Made by a program: the position numbers and the translations under genes
The notes under the pieces: model-generated
Told to the model about the DNA's origin: nothing
The model's database searches: none
Seen by the model: the letters and a program-made list of their open reading frames with translations, nothing else
In this document: piece by piece, positions 8,518-17,455 of the stretch
How positions within the stretch are numbered: the first letter of the stretch is position 1
Layout: each line of letters begins with the position of its first letter
NCBI GenBank assembly: GCA_051382295.1
Contig: JBBCAW010000002.1
Span: 1 to 64,000 of the forward strand
Direction of reading: 5' to 3'
Source: Bdellovibrionota bacterium FG-1
GTDB taxonomy: Bacteria > Bdellovibrionota > UBA1018
DNA: 64,000 nucleotides

Positions 8518-11500
8518 ATGCGTTTGCGGTTGTTTCCGCCATTCAAAAGAGGGATTTTTTTGTGTTCCCTGGGATTTTTCCTTGGCGCTCAGTCCGCCCA
8601 GAGTAAGGAGCTCTTTTCCGATCTAGTGCTATTTTATCAGGCACGCCCTCCGATCGATCTGAAGTACGTGAACTGCTCCGAGACGGACGAAGCCTGCGAT
8701 CAACTCAAGCATAAGCTTACAGTGACTTTCGATTTGCTCTATAAACCGGAGGGGGTGGATCCGACCTTTTACGGGGCGTTTGAGGCGCCCCCATCCGTTT
8801 GTCAGGACATGAAGGAGAGTGCGCCCCTCCAGACGGCGCATTGGTCGTGCGTGTTTTTTGGGATTCGCGAGGCCATGAAGTATGAGTTACGCAATTTACT
8901 GCTAGCCGCGTGTACGGATGGGATGAAGGCCGAGCAGATTGCAGAACTATGGAAAAAGTCGGCAACCTCCTGTGATCCAAAAAAGCCAGGGGAGTTCTTT
9001 GCGTGTCTTTCCAAGCAAACCGGCCTTTCTTTAGTTCATCCTGTGCAGAGAAGCTTTGAAGAGCTTGGGCGACTGGCTCAAGAGATGCGGCTTTTACATC
9101 AAAGCTGTGAGCAGAGTATCCTAAAGCCCGATCATTGCCGTCGCGATGAGCTTTTGAAATGGAATTCGGTCATCACCGACTTGGATTGGCTCCAAAACAA
9201 CGTGGATCGGGTGCTCACGCTGCAGCCCGGGTTTGAGCCGATCCGGGTGCCGGACTACTTTTTTGTGGTGAACTCGTGCGGGAAGAAACAGGAGCGCCAC
9301 AAAAAGTATGTCCAACCTCCCCAGCCGAGTGCATGCTCCAAGCCACCGATGTCTCCGATGTCCCAACCGGGGCAAGAGGGCATGATGAGCGCGTTTCAGG
9401 TCGCCGCTCTGAGCGAAGAAACTGAGGACCGAGATGAGAAATCTTCCGGGATTCGCAAGGCGATGGATCAGGCCTTCAAAAAGTTATTAGCAGGAGCCTC
9501 ACGAGGGGGTGCCAAGCTTTCAGCTCGGCAGCGGCACTGGCTGGAGCAACGCCGTCACGATGAAAAATTCCTAGCAAAAAATGAACAGGTGCTTTCGAAA
9601 CAAGCCGAGCAAAAGGCTGCTGATAAAAATGGAATTCTGGAAACGATCGAAAAGGACTGGACGCAGGCCCTAAGGGAAGCACTGAAGAAGGTAGATCTTA
9701 CTGACGGGAAGGCGATAGCGCTAGGTGAAAAAGCCGAGGCGCCCAAACCACTCCCTGGTGAAGAAATCCCTTCAGGCGAATCCGGTGATGTGGTTGAAGT
9801 CCAGCGGATCATCGATCCTCAAGCGACCGCGGATCGAAAGGCTGAGGAAGAATGGCAAAAGAAGGAAAAGGAAAAGCTCTTGGCGCAAGCTCAAGCGGTC
9901 TTGGCCGATCCAGCGGATCCTTTGCACAAGAAGCACCGCACGCCGAGCTTGCACGCTCATCCTTCGGCGCTACTCAGGACTCCCATCACCGGGCCTCAGC
10001 TTCGCTTTGCCACTTGGGTGTTTGAGGATCATTTTGAGAAACTCACCGAGACGCTCCAAAAGACAAAAGAGGGTGTGACGTTAGAAAGCGATTTAGCGCG
10101 GCTGGAATTAGTGCAAAAGCTCACTCGCTTAGAACGGGATTTGAGTCGCGCAGACGCGGTGAGTGCGCGAGAGCTCGAGTATTTTTTACGAAATGAATTG
10201 GCCACTGTTTTAAAGCAATATCAGGTGACTCCGTCTGAGTCCTTGCAAAAGCTTTTGACCTATGGATTTCCGAAGCCGTCCCAGTTTCATGGGGATGAGA
10301 TCCGCTGGCCCGATGGGGTAACGGTGATGCCCAAGAAAAAACCAAAGGCGGTGGTTCAAAGGCAACCCAAACTTTCTCTGGCTCATCAAGCTGCTTCGTC
10401 GGCCATCCCCGAGTCTAAGGAATTGGCAAACGTCCTGGCTGACGCTGAAAAAAATCTCAAACCTGATCAAGTGAAAGAATTTCTCAAGGATAAAGAGCAA
10501 GTTGAAAAGAGGTACCAAGAGCTCGTAGAACAAAGAAAAGGGAAGGGAAAATCAGTTGGAATTTCGGATCTCTTTAAACTCCTGAATACCGATCTCGTTG
10601 GATTGTTGAAAAAATACGATGTTTCGCCGTTCCAAGCGATCTCGCTCGCGATCAAGTACGGAATTCCTTCTTTGCCGTCTGCCGATGAACTCGCAGCAGC
10701 GTCGGGTGAGACTTCGCTGACGTCCGGTTTAAAACCAGGACCTATTGCTTCTGGTATTCCTGGGACGGCGCAAGCGAACGGCCTCCCGGATGCAGACAAG
10801 GACGGCGGTGACAAAACGACGATTTATAGAGGCAGAGTTGGCTCGGTTGCGATTGCACCCAAGATGAATTTTGCGATTATGACAGATCCATTCTTTAGAT
10901 GGAGTTCAAAAAAGACTCATTCATGGCAAAGTGACATACGGGGGAATTTTCCGGTCATCCTAGGCTTGGATCCTGAGTCACTAGTAGCTTTTGAAAAGGC
11001 CTCCGAAAAAGGACAGGTGGCGCTGGACTCGGTGATGAAACAAATCATCATCGACGGCTATCGAAATCATCCTTTAGAGCACAATAGGATTGAGTCGGAT
11101 CGCGCTCTCGAAGCTCTGCGGGATCCCTCCCGTATTGGATCTGGAGCTGCAGACACGGTTCGAAATCTCGAGAATGCACGTGAAGCCGTTTTTATAGATT
11201 GCAAAAATTACTGTTCGAGATTTCCAGCGTCCCAGCTTTTATGTTGTCAGGATTTAAAAGATAAACCTAATCGAAGCGGTTCGCCCGCTGATTTAAAGTT
11301 GAGGGATTTTCCGGATCTCGAGGCCCGATGGGATCAGATGATGGTTGCGATTTCTCAATTTAAACAAAAAGTACATACCCATCCAGAGGCCTTTGTGCAA
11401 GCTCTAGGTGGCGTTTCAGTGGGAGAAATGAAAGATTTAGATGATTTAGCCGATGAAATGCGAAATTCTAATCTAGCACCAGAGGTTGGCCCGGATCTGT

Positions 11501-12435
11501 CGATAGACCAAGATTGGAAGGCTGTTCTTTCCCTTTTCTCGGATCCCAAACAAGTGGGGATGAATAGCCCTCCCTCAGGGGTCTTGCCTCGAAAAGGAGG
11601 AGTGTTTTTGGCTCAGCAAAAACCGAGGGCGTTGGGAGATGATGTTGATTCAAGGGAGGCGCAGAAATTACAGGTTCCCAGAAAAGAAGTGAACGAGGTC
11701 GAGCAAATTTCACACACGACGGATGAGGTTTTTGGAGAACCAGTTGCTCGCGAGCAGTCCAGGCAATCGCTCGTGAAAGGGCGGTCTGAGCTTGTCCCTC
11801 ATCAAAAGGGTGGGGTTCCTCGTGCGGCGGAGTTCGGACAAAATGAGCCGACTCAAAATCCCAATCCAGGTCGGCCCGGTAAAAAGCAGGCCCCTCAGGA
11901 AAGTGCGCCGGTTGAGGCAAAAATTCAAATGGCGCCGGCCAACTTTGTCATGGGCCTGATTTTGGGTGCCAAAAAAGGGGTGCTTGTTGAAAAAAATTGG
12001 AGTGTGGGGTTGGTGCAAAAGTTAGCGGGGGACCCCACCCCTGATTTGGAAGCGATGGATCAAGCGCTCTTTTCTAATCTGACTCATCTTGGCGCAGGTG
12101 GATCACTTCCATTTCGAGACGTTTCTTTACCTCCAGGAAAGGGGTTTTGTTTTTCCACTGGATTAGAGCCTTCACGGCACTCTTGGGGCTGTTTTCGACA
12201 GTTTGGGATCGCTCTTTCTATCCTTTATGCCCTTCAGAGGTACTTGGGGAGCGACTTAAGTGCGGGGAATTATACAGCAGCAGTGGTGCAGAATAGGTTG
12301 GAATGGCATGTTTCTCCGCTTGGCGGGACACTTTCCATCACTAGCGCCGTGATTACCCAACTCTACAACAACCTCTATGACGAACTCGTCAAGCAAGGGG
12401 TGCAACCCTCGGGGAACAAGGTGGTCATTAAGTAG
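8518..12435 (+). CDS. Large (1305 aa) secreted hypothetical protein
   Basis: Signal peptide; Cys-rich N-terminus; coiled-coil-like regions; 38-aa internal repeat. Confidence 0.8.
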   Translation: MRLRLFPPFKRGIFLCSLGFFLGAQSAQSKELFSDLVLFYQARPPIDLKYVNCSETDEACDQLKHKLTVTFDLLYKPEGVDPTFYGAFEAPPSVCQDMKESAPLQTAHWSCVFFGIREAMKYELRNLLLAACTDGMKAEQIAELWKKSATSCDPKKPGEFFACLSKQTGLSLVHPVQRSFEELGRLAQEMRLLHQSCEQSILKPDHCRRDELLKWNSVITDLDWLQNNVDRVLTLQPGFEPIRVPDYFFVVNSCGKKQERHKKYVQPPQPSACSKPPMSPMSQPGQEGMMSAFQVAALSEETEDRDEKSSGIRKAMDQAFKKLLAGASRGGAKLSARQRHWLEQRRHDEKFLAKNEQVLSKQAEQKAADKNGILETIEKDWTQALREALKKVDLTDGKAIALGEKAEAPKPLPGEEIPSGESGDVVEVQRIIDPQATADRKAEEEWQKKEKEKLLAQAQAVLADPADPLHKKHRTPSLHAHPSALLRTPITGPQLRFATWVFEDHFEKLTETLQKTKEGVTLESDLARLELVQKLTRLERDLSRADAVSARELEYFLRNELATVLKQYQVTPSESLQKLLTYGFPKPSQFHGDEIRWPDGVTVMPKKKPKAVVQRQPKLSLAHQAASSAIPESKELANVLADAEKNLKPDQVKEFLKDKEQVEKRYQELVEQRKGKGKSVGISDLFKLLNTDLVGLLKKYDVSPFQAISLAIKYGIPSLPSADELAAASGETSLTSGLKPGPIASGIPGTAQANGLPDADKDGGDKTTIYRGRVGSVAIAPKMNFAIMTDPFFRWSSKKTHSWQSDIRGNFPVILGLDPESLVAFEKASEKGQVALDSVMKQIIIDGYRNHPLEHNRIESDRALEALRDPSRIGSGAADTVRNLENAREAVFIDCKNYCSRFPASQLLCCQDLKDKPNRSGSPADLKLRDFPDLEARWDQMMVAISQFKQKVHTHPEAFVQALGGVSVGEMKDLDDLADEMRNSNLAPEVGPDLSIDQDWKAVLSLFSDPKQVGMNSPPSGVLPRKGGVFLAQQKPRALGDDVDSREAQKLQVPRKEVNEVEQISHTTDEVFGEPVAREQSRQSLVKGRSELVPHQKGGVPRAAEFGQNEPTQNPNPGRPGKKQAPQESAPVEAKIQMAPANFVMGLILGAKKGVLVEKNWSVGLVQKLAGDPTPDLEAMDQALFSNLTHLGAGGSLPFRDVSLPPGKGFCFSTGLEPSRHSWGCFRQFGIALSILYALQRYLGSDLSAGNYTAAVVQNRLEWHVSPLGGTLSITSAVITQLYNNLYDELVKQGVQPSGNKVVIK

Positions 12436-12544
12436 CTGATTTTGTTCTAGTTTTCAGTTTATTCCTAAAGATTTACCCACAGGAGAAAAAGTCGGACTAA
12501 TTTTTAACCTAGGGGTAAAAATTTAGGATATACTTTATTCTGTT

Positions 12545-13687
12545 ATGAATAGGTATCTTCAGTCGCAGATTCAAAAAGATCTTCAAAAAAAGATGGTGTT
12601 CATTGGAGGCCCTCGGCAGGCCGGAAAAACCACGCTTGCCAAATCCATCGCGCAGGCAATGGGCGGGGAACTCGGTTATTTGAATTGGGATGATAGCGAG
12701 GATCGCGAGAAAATTCTGAAGCGTGAGTTACCTCAGAGTCCCATTTGGATCTTTGATGAAATTCATAAGTATCGACTTTGGCGCAATTATCTTAAAGGTC
12801 TTTTTGATAAGCAGCGAGATTCAAAAAAAATCCTCGTTACGGGGAGCGCTCGTCTGGATTACTATCGCTACGCCGGGGATTCCCTGCAGGGAAGATATCA
12901 TTTTTTGCGGCTTCACCCCCTATCCTTAGATGAATTGAACTCAACGACGAGTGGCGATCTCAACGAGCTTTTTAGGCTGGGAGGATTTCCAGAGCCGTTT
13001 CTTAGCGGGGAGCGGTTTGAAGCGGATCGTTGGTCGAGGGAGTATCGAACTCGCTTGATTCGTGAGGATATCACTTCAGTTGAAAATCTCCACGACCTTG
13101 GAAACCTTGAGCTCTTGTTGCTCCGGCTACCGGAGTTAGCGGGTAACCCACTTTCGATTAATGCGCTACGCGAAGATCTTCAAATCAGTTTCAAAAGTGT
13201 GAGTCGGTGGCTGGATATTTTGGAGCGCTTCTATGCCATTTTTCGACTTTCGCCTTTTGGGCATTCCCGTCTGAATGCCGTAAAAAAAGAGAGAAAGCAC
13301 TATCATTTTGATTGGAATTTGGTGAAGGATGAAGGTGTGCGGTTCGAAAATTTGGTGGCCTCCCATCTTTTGAAATGGTGTAATTACTTCGAGGATACCC
13401 AGGGTCGAGATTTGGCGCTGTGTTTTTATCGTGATCTTGAGCAGCGAGAAGTGGATTTTGTCGTCACTGAAGATCGCAAGCCGATCTGCTTTGTTGAGAC
13501 AAAATTATCCGATGTTCCCGTGAGCAAGAGCCTGAGCTATTTAAAGCGCAAGTTTCCCAAGGTCCCTGCCTTTCAGATCTATCTCAAAGGGACCAAGGAT
13601 TTTGAGGATGCAGATGGAATCCGGTTGGGGCCGGCTCACAAACTTTTATTGGAGATTCGTAAGACGGGCTTCGAGCTTAGCGAGTGA
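12545..13687 (+). CDS. AAA+ ATPase, AAA_14/DUF4143 family with C-terminal PD-(D/E)XK-like motif
   Basis: Walker A GPRQAGKT, Walker B IFDEIH, TGS, GGFPE, FENLV, EVDFV...VETK. Confidence 0.92.
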   Translation: MNRYLQSQIQKDLQKKMVFIGGPRQAGKTTLAKSIAQAMGGELGYLNWDDSEDREKILKRELPQSPIWIFDEIHKYRLWRNYLKGLFDKQRDSKKILVTGSARLDYYRYAGDSLQGRYHFLRLHPLSLDELNSTTSGDLNELFRLGGFPEPFLSGERFEADRWSREYRTRLIREDITSVENLHDLGNLELLLLRLPELAGNPLSINALREDLQISFKSVSRWLDILERFYAIFRLSPFGHSRLNAVKKERKHYHFDWNLVKDEGVRFENLVASHLLKWCNYFEDTQGRDLALCFYRDLEQREVDFVVTEDRKPICFVETKLSDVPVSKSLSYLKRKFPKVPAFQIYLKGTKDFEDADGIRLGPAHKLLLEIRKTGFELSE

Positions 13688-13691
13688 ACCC

Positions 13692-13724
13692 GGTTTACTG
13701 CCGCGCAGAGGCAGTTCGTGGCAC
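13692..13724 (+). repeat. 33-bp dispersed REP-like repeat, copy 1
   Basis: 31/33 identical to the reverse complement of 51159-51191; internal ACTGCC/GGCAGT stem. Confidence 0.85.
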
Positions 13725-13807
13725 CAAGCAATCCACCCCCCAACTAACCCTGACGTCAGTCAACCAACTCAAATATTCGCAAATAAATTCGAACACTTAC
13801 CAAATAT

Positions 13808-13836
13808 TTGACAAAATTAGTCCACTAATATATAAC
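13808..13836 (+). promoter_or_regulatory. Sigma70 promoter, leaderless-type
   Basis: TTGACA-N17-TATAAC ending 7 nt before ATG 13844. Confidence 0.65.
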
Positions 13837-13843
13837 TTTCCTC

Positions 13844-14356
13844 ATGAAACTGGATACCCCCACATCATTGAATCCTTGGCTCCTCGCAACCCTCACTATG
13901 ATGAGCATTCCAACAGCTTGGGCAGCACCCACGGATCTTTCATTCGAATGCCATGAGATGATGCAGGTTGATTCCGCAATCGAGGTCACCCTCGATCTCA
14001 AGGGTATGCTCACTTCAGAGGACCCAGGCGTCTCTTCAAAACAGGCTTTGTTTCTCGCCTCCGTATCGGGGCAGGCCAAGATCCGAAAGTTCTCCTCGCT
14101 GGCCGTGACCCATGGAAACTTTGACGCCGAACTCGGTGAGTCCAAACGCGAGACTTTGCGACCCGGATTTGGCGATCCAGAACGCGTGGTCTTTAAAGCG
14201 AAATCGAATCAGCATGGTTTGCTGGCATGGGGCGAGATCCGAGTGAGTGAATTAGGCCTGGGACTTAAGTCAAATTTTGAAAGCTGGATCAAGCTTGAAA
14301 CGCAATCGGGCGAAATCGAGCTGAGACCCATCAGTTGCAATGTGAGTGGTCGGTAA
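13844..14356 (+). CDS. Secreted hypothetical protein
   Basis: Signal peptide ending TAWA; one Cys near each end of the mature chain. Confidence 0.75.
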   Translation: MKLDTPTSLNPWLLATLTMMSIPTAWAAPTDLSFECHEMMQVDSAIEVTLDLKGMLTSEDPGVSSKQALFLASVSGQAKIRKFSSLAVTHGNFDAELGESKRETLRPGFGDPERVVFKAKSNQHGLLAWGEIRVSELGLGLKSNFESWIKLETQSGEIELRPISCNVSGR

Positions 14357-14377
14357 GTCCGAGGCCCCTCACGCTCC

Positions 14378-14959
14378 CTAAGTCTCGCGGCGCATCGCGA
14401 GGAATCGAAACGTCTTATAACCCGCCGCCGCCGCCGTGTACATGATTCGGCGAATCGTGTCGTAGCGAACCCGTTTGTCGGCCTGAATGGCTAAAATTCC
14501 GTCAAAGGGTAGGGGTTTCCCTTCGAGGTCGCGGGCCTTGGATTTTTGCCTTAGGACTTCTGACTTTTCTTTTGCTTTGAGCAAGGCCTCATAGAGCGGA
14601 ATGATTCGCAAATAGCGTTCTTTGGCGTCCAGGTCTTTTTCGTCAAAAGTATAAGTGGCTTCTGAGCTGCCTAAATTCGCCGCAGTTTGCCTAAAGTCCA
14701 GCACCCGTGCCCCATCAAAAGTAATCGACTCGGGCGTGACAATCACTTGCAGACTATCCGCAGGGTTGTCTTGCGAGGCCGAAATCGGCATTTTCAGGCC
14801 CGGTACCGTGGCAAAGTTATTCTGGCTGGTGGCGTAGGTCTTGAGCAAAAAAACCACGATAATGACCAAGACGTCCATCATGCTCGTGAGTTGGAGCTCA
14901 AAAGCGCTATTCACTTTTTTGCGTTTTCGGCGAGCACGGATGGAGCGATAAAAGGGCAT
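14378..14959 (-). CDS. ExbD/TolR family protein (AglS-like)
   Basis: LQLTSMMDVLVIIVVFLL; IQADKRVRYDTIRRIM. Confidence 0.9.
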   Translation of the reverse strand: MPFYRSIRARRKRKKVNSAFELQLTSMMDVLVIIVVFLLKTYATSQNNFATVPGLKMPISASQDNPADSLQVIVTPESITFDGARVLDFRQTAANLGSSEATYTFDEKDLDAKERYLRIIPLYEALLKAKEKSEVLRQKSKARDLEGKPLPFDGILAIQADKRVRYDTIRRIMYTAAAAGYKTFRFLAMRRET

Positions 14960-14962
14960 GGC

Positions 14963-15508
14963 TTAGCTCTCTCCCAAAAGATTGCCAAAAATCACGTCCG
15001 GAAACAAAGTTTTCGTTTGCTCTTCAATTCCGGTTTTCGGGTTTTTGGCAAAGACCGGACTGTCGGTCGGCTCAAACCCTCGCATATTGTCCATCACGGC
15101 GATCAGAGTGTCGTAGTTGAGCGAGGCTGAAGGTACGATGACAATATGAGTTTCGGTCGGGAAGCGTTTTTTGATCTGAACTAAAGTCTCGTGAATGTTC
15201 CTGAGGTCGGGCTGCCCTGGGCTCGCGTTCGGAATCTTGCTCGTTGGAATCTTTTCAAACGGGCTCCAAATCTCCGCTTCATTGTCTCGAAGGGTCAGGG
15301 TCAGTTGTAATGGCTTTTCAAGAAGCTTTTGTTCGAGCTCTTCGGAACTGGAGCGGGGAACCGGAGATTCAATCGTAACGAGATTCAAAAAGGACATCGT
15401 AAACAGCAAAAAGGCAATGAGCGTCACTAGGGTGTCCAGGACCGGCACCAGATTCAGTGCGATCTGTTCACTATGGCCTTTTCTGCGGGAGGACGGCCGT
15501 TTGAGCAC
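14963..15508 (-). CDS. ExbD/TolR family protein (AglQ-like)
   Basis: LNLVPVLDTLVTLIAFLL; YDTLIAVMD. Confidence 0.9.
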   Translation of the reverse strand: MLKRPSSRRKGHSEQIALNLVPVLDTLVTLIAFLLFTMSFLNLVTIESPVPRSSSEELEQKLLEKPLQLTLTLRDNEAEIWSPFEKIPTSKIPNASPGQPDLRNIHETLVQIKKRFPTETHIVIVPSASLNYDTLIAVMDNMRGFEPTDSPVFAKNPKTGIEEQTKTLFPDVIFGNLLGES

Positions 15509-15523
15509 GAGTGAATGCTCCTT

Positions 15524-16189
15524 TTACTCTGCTTTTTGGCTAGAGTGGCGATATTTACGGGCTGAAAGCAAGTCCATGAGTTTGACGCCAAATTCGTCCA
15601 TTTCCTCGAGGATCTTGTTTGCTTTATTGCTCAGGATACTATGAACAATCATCGTGAAAATCGCCGTGATCAAGCCAAAGGCCGTGGCATTCATCGCTTC
15701 TGAAATCCCGGCGGAAAGAATCGCTTGGCGTTGGGCAGGATCCGCTTGAGCGATAGCCGCAAAAGCTCGAATCAACCCGTTAATGGTTCCGAGGAGTCCC
15801 AAAAGAGTGGAGATATTGGCAATCAAGGCCAGATATCCGAGTCGGCGTTCAAGTTTTGGAATCATCTCAAGGCTGGTGGCATCCAAGGCATTTTGAATTT
15901 GGTTGTCATCGCGGGAGGCTCGTTGAAGCCCCGCCTTAATGACCCGTGGAAGAGCGGCGCGGCCCGCGCCATTGCATACTCGAATCGCGCCATCGAGGTC
16001 GTTGGCCAAGATATACTTTTGAACCTCAAACATGAACGATGCGCCATCAATATTGAGTTGAAAGAGGCGAATCGATCGTTCGAGGGTCAGCGCTATCGAG
16101 ACCGTAAGCGCGACGGCAATGGGCATCATCCAAAAGCCGCCTGTTTGAAACATGGACACTACGCCTTGTAAAAATCCTGGTGATTCCAT
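15524..16189 (-). CDS. MotA/TolQ/ExbB proton channel (AglR-like)
   Basis: ANISTLLGLLGTINGLI; GISEAMNATAFGL. Confidence 0.92.
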   Translation of the reverse strand: MESPGFLQGVVSMFQTGGFWMMPIAVALTVSIALTLERSIRLFQLNIDGASFMFEVQKYILANDLDGAIRVCNGAGRAALPRVIKAGLQRASRDDNQIQNALDATSLEMIPKLERRLGYLALIANISTLLGLLGTINGLIRAFAAIAQADPAQRQAILSAGISEAMNATAFGLITAIFTMIVHSILSNKANKILEEMDEFGVKLMDLLSARKYRHSSQKAE

Positions 16190-16258
16190 GAACCCGCCCT
16201 TTCCGTTTCGTGATCTTCTTCAATGATCACCGGAATCTGGCTGGGGGTCAAGGGGCTC

Positions 16259-16588
16259 TTAAAGGTGTTTCTGAATTGCGTCAATGATCACGTTTCTGGG
16301 ATGGTTGCCGACCAGTTGGTCAACTAATTGACCGTCTTTGATTAAGAGTACGGTGGGGATTCCACGAACGTGAAACCGGGTGGGGGTTTCAGGGTTTTCG
16401 TCGACATTCATTTTAAAAATTTTGATTCGGCCCGTGTATTCGGCCGCGATGGCGTCGAGAGTGGGCCCAAGTTGGCGGCAGGGGCCGCACCATTCAGCCC
16501 AAAAGTCGACCAGCGAAACACCGGGATTTTTCATGACATCCGAATCAAAATTGGCATCAGTTGCAGACAAGGTGTGATCTCCAGCCAT
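16259..16588 (-). CDS. trxA: Thioredoxin
   Basis: VDFWAEWCGPC; RGIPT. Confidence 0.95.
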   Translation of the reverse strand: MAGDHTLSATDANFDSDVMKNPGVSLVDFWAEWCGPCRQLGPTLDAIAAEYTGRIKIFKMNVDENPETPTRFHVRGIPTVLLIKDGQLVDQLVGNHPRNVIIDAIQKHL

Positions 16589-16709
16589 TTGGGGGCTCCT
16601 TTAAGTGGGGTAGGTTAAAAGGTCATCGTCGAATTGCACAAAGTCCTAAATGAATATAAACTCTAGGATAAAACGCAAGTCTTAAGGTAACTCAAGGTAA
16701 ACTAACGCT

Positions 16710-17237
16710 GTGAATCAATCCTCTCATTTAGTAGTCAAATCCGGAAATGGGGCGCTTAGTCGCGTGAGCGTTTTTCATCGAGTTTTGGCAAAAGTCGTCG
16801 ATTTAGTACTGGTTTTTGCCTTGGCGGCGATTCTTCCGTATCCCCTGGGGCCGGTGGCTGGCTTTCTTTATAGCTTGCTCGCGGATGGGTTGAAGCTTGG
16901 AAAAACCTCGGGACAAAGCGTCGGAAAAAAACTTTTTGGACTCAAAGTAGTTCAAATTGTCTCTGAAAATGTCAATGATGCCGGCAGCGGGAGCTTCGCT
17001 GAGCATGAATCCGTGATCAAAAGTCGGATTCCTGCGACGTTTAAGGCCTCCTGCTTGCGCAATGCGCCGATTGGAGTGGCCACTTTTTTTGGAATTATCC
17101 CGATTTGGGGTTGGATTATTTTAGGCATCATCGGAATTCCGCTCATGGTGATCGAAGTCTATTTGATGATGACCGTGGCCTCGGGGCATCGCTTAGGCGA
17201 CGTCATGGGTGATACTGAGGTTGTGGCGGTTTACTAA
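16710..17237 (+). CDS. RDD family membrane protein
   Basis: HRVLAKVVD, GQSVGKKLFGLKV, RLGDVMGDTEVV. Confidence 0.88.
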   Translation: MNQSSHLVVKSGNGALSRVSVFHRVLAKVVDLVLVFALAAILPYPLGPVAGFLYSLLADGLKLGKTSGQSVGKKLFGLKVVQIVSENVNDAGSGSFAEHESVIKSRIPATFKASCLRNAPIGVATFFGIIPIWGWIILGIIGIPLMVIEVYLMMTVASGHRLGDVMGDTEVVAVY

Positions 17238-17296
17238 CGTCGAATTTCTTATTTTATAGAAAATATTTTTTTAAAATGTCCGTGCTGATGCGCAGT

Positions 17297-17377
17297 GCTT
17301 TCAGCTTTCAGCGCTCAACTTTCGGGTGGCTGCTTTTTTCTTTTCTTTAAAAGCTGACCCCTGAGCGCTGAAAGCAC
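17297..17377. repeat. Heptamer-periodic inverted repeat (intergenic hairpin)
   Basis: GCTTTCAGCGCTCA (17304-17317) pairs perfectly with TGAGCGCTGAAAGC (17362-17375); 7-nt units on both arms. Confidence 0.75.
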
Positions 17378-17455
17378 ATCGTTAAAAGCTCGTTCACCTC
17401 AAACTATAAAACGTTTTGATTGCGGCTGACGTCGCGCTAAGTTAAATACCGCCCC

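Noticed and set aside
13692..13726. tRNA 3' end or att site (GTTCG...GGCACCA)
   Set aside because: No T-arm or cloverleaf, and the second copy lacks CCA
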